DNA of 64,000 nt from Dimorphilus gyrociliatus (lineage: Eukaryota; Animalia; Annelida), in NCBI GenBank assembly GCA_904063045.1, contig CAJFCJ010000007.1:4037404-4101403 (forward strand). The letters run 5' to 3'. Position numbers and translations under genes: made by a program. The notes beneath the pieces are model-generated. The model made no database searches, was not told the origin of the DNA, and saw nothing but the letters and a program-made list of their open reading frames with translations. Positions 26,494 through 36,859 of this stretch are shown piece after piece (the stretch's first letter is position 1; the number at the start of each line of letters is the position of its first letter).

Positions 26494-28556
26494 GTGTATG
26501 ATACATATCCCTAAAGTTAATATCTTTAATTGTTAATAAATTCATTTTATTTATTGATTCTGATAATGTTATTAAATCTCGTAAAATGGAAAATACCGTT
26601 AAAAGTACTGTATCATAAATTTTTCTCTGAATTATGTCAGTAAGGTTAACGCTATTTAATTTCCTTTACTCTCATTCAATAATAGAGGACAATCAAAACA
26701 TGTCTTTAAAGAAACTACCAATACAAACAAAAAACAACAGGTGAATCTAATGTAAATTATTCATATAATACGATACAAGTAGTACTTCCGGCCTAAATAA
26801 AAACACTATTTTTAAACAATAAATAAGTATACATATATATGTAAGTTGTATTTGTTAGAATGTAATTGTTTGTATTAGGATACGTGTGTATCATACTACT
26901 TTGTATATCTAGGAGAGTTAATACATTTTTCTCTCCTTCTCTCCTTCCCTCTGTCTCTCTCTCTTTCATACACGCACACGCACACAGATACATATTTTAT
27001 TAATTGAAACAAATACTTAAATAGATGCTACTAGGTCCAAAGATTTGTAGTCCTAACTACTAGGAATTCATCATGTAGTAAACAAAGTTAAATATAGGCT
27101 TAGGAAGAGTGAGTTTTTATAGATTTAATTAATAATGAATATGATAATAAAGGAATTAAAGGTAAAAGTAAACAGTTAATTTATTAAAAGGATAGAAAGC
27201 AACTGTTGAACTATATATTCTAATATATGATCTATTGTTAATTGATATAACGTTTTTTATGTATAATTTTCATACGTGTATGAAAACCTGAATTTTATCA
27301 TTGACCTTAGTACGAACCAATATACCTTTGTACCTTTATAGCATAGCATTTCCAATTGAATATCTCATTACTTATTGTATTAAAACCATATATTCAATTG
27401 ATTCTATTTAAAAATATGTAAAGCCTATTTTCAAGTTTCATCTATTAAATCGGTTGAAAATTTTTCTTTCATCTCTTCAACATTATCTTCTTTTGATCAG
27501 TTACAGAGTTTGTTATTATTTTATACATTTCATTTATTTTATTATTCTTCATATTAAGATTGTTATAAAATATTTGTTCTCTGTTTTTTTTTCTCATATA
27601 ATTTATCAGCATCATTTTATTTGTAGTCAAATTTATTCTACTATAGAATTGAATCTTGTTAACTTTATTTTTGAACAAATAAGATATTTAATACGCGTTT
27701 ATAATGAGCAATCATTAACTCATTTGCTCTTTTCAAACTTTATTCAAGTTGCTAAACAAAAAATTCCCTTCTGTTTTTTTTTGTAAATAAACTGTAGAAT
27801 AGGAGTTACTAAGCGTAATCTAACGTTGCACGGAGTGTTTATATATAAATATATATATAATTATGTAGTACATATATTACAACTATCACATGATTAATTT
27901 TCGGAGCCGATTCTGGCCTTGAACCAAATGGAAGTTATTCCTAGCCTAAATTAAGGACAAAAAATAATCAAACGAAGACAACCACACTAAATATCATAAT
28001 GTGGTTTGGTGGTCTCTAATATATAGTGCCAAGCATTATCAAGGCGGAACAGTCTCTTCTTTGCAACTACGAAAAATGTGTAAATGGCTGAGTGTCATAA
28101 CACAGAAGATATTTCTAGAGATTCCTTCGATTTAATCGATGATGCAGAGTGAGTTGAGAATAATACAATGCTAAAAAAGATGCAACAAACGTTTATAGAA
28201 CATAAAAATGTAGATTGTTGAAAAATCAAAACATTTTAAACCGCTAAAAAAACTTTATTAGCTGAAAGGTGGAGCCAAGGGAAAATCACCTCATGATCAC
28301 CTGTACGAATAATCGATAAAACATTGTAGTCCTTGTTCATTAAATGAATATATAACAATCTGTTGACCCCTATCGTTTTTACAGTGTCGAATTAGATGAG
28401 GAAGGAACGCATACATCAGATGAGCGCACATCGACGGCCTCAATTATAACGACAAGTTCAGAGAATAGCGCAGATGAATCGTATAACATTTCCAAGCCAA
28501 GAAAATCTCGTCCGACATCTTTAGAGACTTCTAAAAGATTACGAAAGAAATTAAAA

Positions 28557-31500
28557 ATGCTGAGTGGAATACCCAAACGAAAGGGAAAGAAAAAAAAGAA
28601 AACTGATAAACCAGTTATTATTGATTCGGATTCGTCTATTCAACAAAATACTGACGTAAAGAAAGTTTATATTCCAACTGCCTCAGATTCAAAACCACCA
28701 CCGTCACCTTTCACTGAGCGTAGTTCTAAACCAATCACGAAAAATATCTCCAAATACATCAAGGTAAGCAGCTTGAGTAAGAGATCTGAATCGGTCGCCA
28801 GTATTGAAAAAGGAAACGCTCCTGATGACAGAATAAAATTCTTCAAAACCTTGTCCATGTTAATCGACATGGGAAATCCAAATCGGTCTCATAATCCACC
28901 GGAGCCTGAACCAAGGCGAACTACGAGCAGACCAACGTCTCGATCTCACAGTCCCGATAGGGAGAGCATTACGATATCTTCATTAAGTGATCTAGTTTGG
29001 CTGAGTATTCAGGCTTGGAAGTATATTGGAAGCGATCCGTTTATTGTACGAAAACTTGATGAAGCATATATTTTGGTGGAGAAGGAAAGAAAAGAGAAAG
29101 TTGCCAAGATTTCACACGAGATCCTTAGTTACAGATTTGATTATGGTTTGACTCGGAGTTCCCGTCTACAGACCGAAACTACTCCTGATTTTTTTTTACC
29201 CTGTCAATCCATATTCAAGCGTTGTGAAGACCTCTCAGAACAAGTTTTAATGATAAAGCAAGCAATGAAAGATATAGGAATTATTTTAAACGATCTTAAC
29301 ATTGTTGAGGAGCTGTATTATTCAGAGAAGAACTTTTTGGAACAAAATTTAAAATTAGAAGAGGATAAAGAGTTTCAAAACAGAGTTAAAACCTTATGCT
29401 TGTGGACAAATTTGGTTTCTCAGCTAGCTTATGAACTTCATATGTATGCCCATAAATTGTTTACTGATAATATACCTAATTTAAAATGGCCATTTTTAAA
29501 TTATATGCCTAAGAATTTCGTTGAGCATTCCTCCTGTCCTTTAAAGCTTAATGCTCACCTTGAGAAAGTCGAAAGTAAGAATAACGTCGTAGAATTCACT
29601 ATAGGCGATGAAGAGCAAGCTGAACGAAGTAATTGCCGACTAATACATTCGCAATCAATTCTCAACCTGGAAAATACAGCTCATGTTCCTAGTAGTTCAA
29701 CATATGTATTTAGAACCTACGTCGAAAGAACCTTACGAAAGAGTGGTTTGAAAAAGGTTGAAGCTCTAGCTAAAAAGAATGTCCTCAATATGGAATCTGT
29801 TCTAACTAAACTTCGACTGATTCTACTACCGATTGAAAAAGCTGAAAAAGAAATTAAGCAAATTGAGAAAGAGATCGATGAAGAGAATAGAGAAATCATT
29901 CAAAGACAATCTGGCAAACGAAACAAGGATGAAAGGAACGACTTCAACGTTCAAATTAATAGGCAAAAAGCTGAAAAATTAAAAACTAGAAGAGAACTAG
30001 TGGAATTTGGTGAACACTCGAAAGAATGGAGAAAAATGAATTTGCCATCATTAAAGGAGTTTTATAAATTTTGTATAAGAATCCCTCTTGACGTTATTCA
30101 CGAATGTTTGCGCTATCGCCTTGAACAATCAAGAGAACAATTCAATCAGAATTCATACGACAAGGCAACTACGTCCCTATTGTCTATAAATCAATTAATG
30201 AACGAATGTGGAGAGATTCTTACCGCGTCAGTGACAATGAAAAAGTATTACTTAACTATGGCCTGTGATATAGTTGATGATATTGATATCGAAGAATTAG
30301 ACTCAGATATGGAAAATATGTTGGGTGAACATATTAAATACATGAGGCATTACGTATATAAAATTGAAAACGAACCAAATTTATCCAAATACCTTAGTAG
30401 GTTAGAGAATGAATGGGCCTTTATGAGGACAGTATGCTCTTGCGTTCGTCAGGGTGAGGCTAAAGCTGGAAATGGTTATTGTGACATGGTCAGTCATCTC
30501 CTGAACATTATCAAGATGTTCTTTGCTAAGCGATGCGATGATATAACTGGTAATCTACAGAATTTATTAGAACAATCGAACGAAGGCGATTCAGAGTGTC
30601 CTAATATGTATGATGTAATTATCAAACTATGTAGAGAGATAAAAGATGTATTTGATGAAACTAAAGAAAGAACAGCCAGGGTAATGGGACTTGCCAAAAT
30701 GCTTAGAAATGATCTCGAAATTGCGGCCCAGTATAAAATTGTTTGTACTGCTTCTCACCTTCTGGAAAAGCTTAGAGAAACGAATCATGTTAAAATTAAT
30801 TTGAGGAGTCTGTCAAGTGACTTTATTGTTCTTATTCCGGAATCAATGAAAACTGATAAAAAATCAATCATCACTTTATTAAGGGCAACTAGTAGTCTCG
30901 GCGTTGCTGATTCACGACAGAATAAGGGATATCTTATTATGGTTCACTGTCATACTGCAAGTGACGGAGCAAAAGTATGTCCGATCTGGAAGGGTGAAAC
31001 AATGGGAGTTGAAGCAGATGTTGAAACTGAAATTTGTTGGTCACACCTGAATATCAAAGGTAGTTTAGAGTTATTTTATAAGGGATCAAATAATTAATGT
31101 TGATTATTTTTTCTATTTTCTATTGTACAAAACAGGCTTGCTTATCCTGGCACACTCTCGACAGCTACCATCTGTTCGCAGAGAAGTAGAAAAGTCACTA
31201 GGATCAAAGTGTATTGAGTTAGTTTTAGAGCAGGTTGCTTGCCATAAAGCTGTTAATGAATCATTAGTTGATTTAAAAAAGGCCGGGCTTGAATTTAGAA
31301 CTGCATTCGTTGAATATCTAAAAGAGATTCAATCATCTTTCTTCAGTGTACAAAATGTTCCATCTTATATTGGTTTAGAGATTATTATTGATACGCTGAA
31401 AAAGACTTATAATTTTGGATTTGATTTCCATACTGATTTGTATAGGTTGATGTCTGGAAAAGAAAGGGCAGCCTTAAGTGATGCTTTAATCGATTTTGCT

Positions 31501-32823
31501 CTTGAATGGATGCATTTGGCAATTGAAAAGTGTGAAAAAGGTAGAGGCGTTAGACCTCGTTGGGCTCATAAATTCTTTGAGTATCTTAGATTTGTTGCTT
31601 CTCCCGATATTACATTGCATTTAAAAGAAGAAAAATTTGCAGAATTTAAGAAAAGATTCAACCGTTGTACGTGCCATTTAATTGGGGAGAAACCTAAGGA
31701 TTCACCCAGTCCCGTACCAAGTAAAGTAGTGATTCCCTTCAATCCTAGTTTGAGTGTTCCTGATAATAGAAGACGATCTGACACTAGCGATTCTATCATT
31801 TCACCTGTTAGTTTTGTGTCTGAAGGAGGATCATTTCCCCAACACATGTACGAATCTCCTATAAGCACTCCTGAAGAGTCATGCATAAAAAGATCTAATG
31901 CTATTCTTGAATTAGAGCGGAAGAGGGATGAAGAATTGAAAAAAAAAAAGATCATAGGGAAAGTAATAGGTGTGTGTCAGAGAGTTCGTTATGATTTATC
32001 TTTAAGAGTGGTTACATTCGATTGGCAAAGAGGTGTTAAAATAGGCGAAGGTAGATTTGGCAAAGTTTATACAGCTGTAAATATGAGAACTGGAGAAATG
32101 ATGGCTATGAAAGAAATTCCAATCAAACCAAACGACCATCAATTTGTTAAAGGCATAGCTGATGAATTGAAAAACTTTGAAGGACTCGATCACTTTGGTC
32201 TCATTAAATACTACGGAGTTGAGGTTCATCACGACCAAATGTTAATATTTATGGAGTATTGTCAAGGCGGAACTCTGCACGAAGCAGCAAAGACAGGACT
32301 CGATGAAGCTGCTATTCGTTTTTACACAAATAAGATTGTTCATGCAGTCGCCTATTTGCACGAGAACAATATTGTTCATAGGGATATTAAAGGAGATAAT
32401 ATATTTTTGACCAATAAGGGCCTTAAACTAGGAGATTTCGGCTCAGCTGTTAAACTGCGTGAACACAAGACACGAGCAGAAGAACGAAACCTTGTAAGAG
32501 GAACAACTCTGCCGTTCCAGCCTCCAGAAGTTGTAAAGAACGCATCTATAGAGCAACATCTCAGATTTGCTGCAGACGTGTGGAGCATTGGATGTGTAGT
32601 TATAGAGATGGTAACGGGTAAATTACCATGGTCAGAGCTAAATATAGAACAAGAATATCAAATGATCTATCACATTGCTACTGTTAATCAAATGCCTAAA
32701 GTACCAGATAATATTTGTAACGATTTAAATAAATTCTTAGAAAGGTGCTTTGAGATTGATCCAGAAAGAAGAGCGACAGCTGAACAGCTACTCGACGAAA
32801 CCTTTATTAAGGTTCAAATGTGA
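28557..32823 (+). CDS. MAP3K4: MAP kinase kinase kinase 4 (MEKK4/Ssk2-like); two long exons, true N-terminus may lie further upstream
   Basis: Long helical N-terminal region (DLVWLSIQAW, KMNLPSLKEFY) and a C-terminal kinase domain: WQRGVKIGEGRFGKVY, AMKEI, YYGVEVH, HRDIKGDN, DFG, ADVWSIGCVVIEM. One intron joins IK G|LLILAH. The frame stays open about 58 codons upstream to an acceptor at 28384. Confidence 0.92.
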
Positions 32824-33990
32824 GACTAGGAAGGAGAGAAACAGATAAGCCAGAAAAAAAGAAAAGAGAAGAGAAAGATGAAGTATGTAGAAGAACAGCA
32901 AGGAGGAGAAATAAGGAGAAATAAATAGAAAATTAGAGAATGCGCATTTTGATTTTAATTTGACACTATAAAAGTGATTTTAGTTGAAAAAGAAAAAAAC
33001 GTAATAACGGGACTTATGTATTTATTCAATGCTCAATATGCAAATTTTTTAAAACTGAATACTGCATTTTATTTCATATTCCTTAAATACAAATTATATT
33101 CCATTCCAAATTAATTACATAACAACATTGATCAAAAATGTGAAATATGGATTGAATAAAAAAATAACAAACTCTAATTTTTTCTTGCTTCAAAAAATTG
33201 ATAAACCATCCTTAGATATCAATCATCTTCGTCTTGTCTCATTCACATAGCAAAAGTCCTATATGCATATTTGAGATATATAAATTATAATTAACCTATT
33301 AATCTCATATGCTTTCAAATGTTGTGTATATATCAGAAGCTAACAAAGAGTAATTTTATCCAACCTTCATATTTATTCTTCTACACGTTCCTGTCTCTGT
33401 TTTGAGACCTCTTTTTTTCTTTAGATAGCAAAAGCTATTAATAGATAAAGCTCTATGCGAGTCTTTATTTTGTTTCCAATAAGAACAATGATCAAGGACT
33501 TCCTAAACATTTTTTTTGGTGATAGCTAAATTGTACCAAATGAATGAGAAATAGACAATGCACTAAAATTAATATTCTAGTTGGCATCTTAGTTTTAAAT
33601 AGTCATTTTATAAGAACGTATTATTCTCTAATAGAAATAAATATTTTAAAAATACCACCTTTTAAGGACATTCCCCTTTTTGCGTATAATATAGTATAGT
33701 TTGTATACGAAAACGAGGCAGTTTGGTCACTTCCGGTTGTTAACATTAGATAGGTACTACCAATTTTAGAATTTTACACATCTGTTATTTTGATTTTTAA
33801 ATTGATATCCAATTCGGAAAGAGAGGAATCGATATATACCGAAACTAAGTACGTAATTATCGTTGAAATTCTTTAAGATAAATTATAGTTTGTGATTAGA
33901 CAGGGTGCGGTACAAAATCGTAAAACAATAAAAATCTAACATCATATTCACGTATTGGAAAGATGGCCATCGCCTTCTAAAAGAAGAAAA

Positions 33991-34176
33991 ATGAAAAACG
34001 GAAAAGTAGAGAGAGAAGTTATATCCACGTTATCCAGCTATATACCCAAATTCTCAGATATCTTCGACGAAGAAACATTTTACATTTTTGCTGCTTGTTT
34101 GACAATTACATCCCTAGTAGCTGCATTCATAGCATCAAGATACATTCGTATCAAAGATGCAGGCCATGTAGATTAA
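33991..34176 (+). CDS. 61-aa single-pass membrane microprotein
   Basis: MKNGKVEREVISTLSSYIPKFSDIFDEETFYIFAACLTITSLVAAFIASRYIRIKDAGHVD: one C-terminal TM helix preceded by an FDEETFY motif that I recall from small invertebrate proteins (unverified). The ORF track starts at an upstream TTG. Confidence 0.65.
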   Translation: MKNGKVEREVISTLSSYIPKFSDIFDEETFYIFAACLTITSLVAAFIASRYIRIKDAGHVD

Positions 34177-34190
34177 GAGATAATCTTCAA

Positions 34191-35453
34191 ATGGCAGAGA
34201 GGGCGTGTGGAGCCTGCCTTAGCGCTTGCGTTCGTTGCGCAACTTACACGCATGATCGAATTATGGCGTGGAAATGGAGTAATGATTCCACGTCTTTATC
34301 TGATACAGTCATAGGATATAAATCAAATTCATCGGCTGTGACAGAATCACTTCATATTGCTATTGAAAAGCGTTCTATTATAGATATCCGGCGGATTTTA
34401 GACAATATAGAAGATTGTCGGCTGGAGAGAAACTACGCTGAAGAAACCCCCGTTCAAGTAGCCTGCAAATTTGGATATGAGGAAGGTTTGGTGGAACTTC
34501 TCGATGGTGGCTGTGCCACCGATGTTGTGAATTCGAATGGATCTCCTATGCATTACGTTTTAGATGCCCTTAGATCCCGTCAAATTGATGACTTCAAAGC
34601 GGTTCGCATGTTGAAATTACTTTATCATTATGGTTGTAACGTAGATTCCCTGGACTCCAAGTCTAGAACAGCTTTATTTCTGGCTTGTGAGTTAGGAAGT
34701 AGAGTTTGTTCAAAAGCCCTTATCGAAATGGGGTGTGGATTAAACGTTTCCGATAGAACAAATGAGTTCACCCCATTATATATGTGCTCTATAAAAGCAG
34801 ATTACGAAGGGGTTAAAATTCTCTTAGACCACGGTGCTGTCGTAGATAAAAAGGATAGCGCTGGTAGAACGCCATTGATGGCTACTTTAATAACGATTGG
34901 TAAAAGTCAACAAGATTTTGCGATATCTAACGAGAAATTTCTTACGGATTTTCGAAAGCGGATAAGTGTGTTTGAGTATCTCTTACAGGCTGGAACTAAT
35001 GTCGACGAAACGGATAGACTTAATAGAACGCCTTTGTCAATAGCAATTGGTTTGGTTCACGTAGAAGTCATAAGAAAAGCCTTCTCATCTCATGTCACGT
35101 CCTTTTTACAAACTGGTGGAGGCATCATGCCTCTTAATGTAGAGGCAGCTAACCTTTTGGATAAATGTTTTAAAAGTGGTATAGGTAAAGAAGAACCATT
35201 GTTATCAAGTTTAGTACGGTCTCTAAAAATCTACGGAGCTCAATTGAAAGACGATCTCCCTCATCTAGAATTTGCACCTTCTTGGTTATTCAATTTATAC
35301 GAATTTTGTTCTCAGAATCGCCAAATTAAAAAGCCGTTCATTTTAATGTTCTTCTGCAGACAAATTATCAGAAAAACAATGGCACTACATGGTAATTTGG
35401 GACTCGAAACACAGCTACCTTTACCGGAAAGGTTAATAGCTTATGTTCAATAG
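34191..35453 (+). CDS. Ankyrin repeat and SOCS box protein (ASB-like), intronless, 420 aa
   Basis: About six ankyrin repeats (TPVQVAC, TALFLAC, TPLYMC, TPLMA, TPLSIA) and a C-terminal SOCS box PFILMFFCRQIIRKTM...LPLPERLIAYV. Confidence 0.85.
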   Translation: MAERACGACLSACVRCATYTHDRIMAWKWSNDSTSLSDTVIGYKSNSSAVTESLHIAIEKRSIIDIRRILDNIEDCRLERNYAEETPVQVACKFGYEEGLVELLDGGCATDVVNSNGSPMHYVLDALRSRQIDDFKAVRMLKLLYHYGCNVDSLDSKSRTALFLACELGSRVCSKALIEMGCGLNVSDRTNEFTPLYMCSIKADYEGVKILLDHGAVVDKKDSAGRTPLMATLITIGKSQQDFAISNEKFLTDFRKRISVFEYLLQAGTNVDETDRLNRTPLSIAIGLVHVEVIRKAFSSHVTSFLQTGGGIMPLNVEAANLLDKCFKSGIGKEEPLLSSLVRSLKIYGAQLKDDLPHLEFAPSWLFNLYEFCSQNRQIKKPFILMFFCRQIIRKTMALHGNLGLETQLPLPERLIAYVQ

Positions 35454-35650
35454 TTTTTATTACTTCGTCTTTTTCACGTATCCTAAATTATCTCTATAAT
35501 TGAAATGCTACTGTTGTAAGAATAAAATTCATTCGGGCTAAATGTACAAGATCTGGCGTCTCTTTTCAATGTAAAAATTACAAAAAATATCCTAAGAACC
35601 GTCATTTTTTTTCGGTCAGTTGTATTCAGAAGAAAGCAATATTTAACCGT

Positions 35651-36369
35651 TTAGATAATGCCGATTTTGTTGGCGACATCGAGGGCATCGTAGTCAGACT
35701 TTAGCTTAACGAAGGCTTTCTTTTCTCCGTCCGGTCGGATTAAAGTGTTAACTTTCTCCACCTCGATAGAATACAATTTCTTAACAGCCATCCGAACCTT
35801 CTTCTTGTCCGATTTTTTATCGACGATAAATACAAGCGTGTTGTTATCTTCAATTTTCTTCATTGCCGATTCAGTGGTCAGCGGGAACTTAATGATAGTA
35901 AATTGATCAAGCTTGTTCGAACGAGGAGTTGATCTCTTAGGACAACGAGGTCTTCTCGTTAGGGAAAGGGTTTTTGGGCGTCTAAAATGTACGGACGTGC
36001 GAATTTTACGTTGACGCTTGGCAAACACTCCCTTAAGTTGGGCCTTTTGAGCCTTTTTAGCTTTAGCCTTTACCACGCCACCTTTCTTTTTCAAATCCTT
36101 TTTAGGGGCTGGTTTCTTGTCCTTGGACTTGACGGCCTTCGGCGGTTGTTTCTTTTCGCCGACTTTTTCTGAAAAGCGTACACGTGCAATATTATCATTG
36201 GTTTTAATGTCAATTATATACTATAAACGAGAATAATTTTACGATACATCTAAGAATTAATTTAAATACTATACACTTCCAATATAAATGATGGTGAATA
36301 CTCTATATATCAGCAAAAAAACAAGGAAAATTACTCACTGACAGCAGAAGTTGGTTTCTTCGGAGCCAT
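35651..36369 (-). CDS. RPL23A: 60S ribosomal protein L23a (uL23) with a Lys/Pro/Ala-rich N-terminal extension (2 exons)
   Basis: [58 protein letters not shown] and [14 protein letters not shown]. Exon 1 [10 protein letters not shown] ends at a gtgagt donor. Confidence 0.97.
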
Positions 36370-36374
36370 CTTGT

Positions 36375-36400
36375 AGAAGAGAACGTTTTCCGGTCACGTG
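36375..36400 (-). promoter_or_regulatory. TCT-type polypyrimidine initiator plus E-box upstream of RPL23A
   Basis: Minus strand reads CACGTGACCGGAAAACGTTCTCTTCTACAAG-ATG. TCT/5'TOP initiators are typical of ribosomal protein genes. Confidence 0.55.
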
Positions 36401-36515
36401 GGAAGTCCATAGAACTCGCAAAAAAATTTTAATATCTTATTTTGTTTTTTTAAATATTCTTGATACGCTAATCATTTTTAAAAAATTTTAGACGCTCTAT
36501 TTCATAGAATAATAT

Positions 36516-36527
36516 TGCGCATGCGCA
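36516..36527. promoter_or_regulatory. NRF1/Erect-wing-type palindrome
   Basis: Perfect 12-bp TGCGCATGCGCA in an AT-rich divergent promoter between RPL23A and the EGF/TSP1 gene. Confidence 0.6.
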
Positions 36528-36859
36528 AGAGACACGTGCCCCGACCTAGCGGGATATGTGCTTTCTCACGTTTGAAATCCATTAATACAAAATCTCTAAT
36601 CTCCAAAATAATCCTATTACTCGGAAATTTTATATTTATTTTTAAATTGTTCCATTTTAAATATTCAGGATTCAACAGCTCATGTTAAAATTTTATTCCC
36701 CATTTCAATATGAAGCTCTGGAATTTAAACAATTTAAAATAAAATTACCCTCCATTCAAAATAACGGCTCTATATTTCATTACACATTGAAACATTAAAT
36801 GTATTTAAATGTTTTAATTACGTTAAAAATCACTTTTAAATTCTAAGCAACATAAAAGA

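Noticed and set aside
28379-32588. Numerous minus-strand ORFs of 60-130 aa opposite MAP3K4 (also opposite USP8, PEPD, RBM19, UCP)
   Set aside because: Antisense shadows of real CDSs with no motifs; many start at TTG or GTG, which is not meaningful for a eukaryote.
36182-36338. RPL23A intron as a snoRNA host (human RPL23A hosts C/D snoRNAs)
   Set aside because: No RTGATGA/CTGA box pair or hairpin-H-hairpin-ACA layout is visible.
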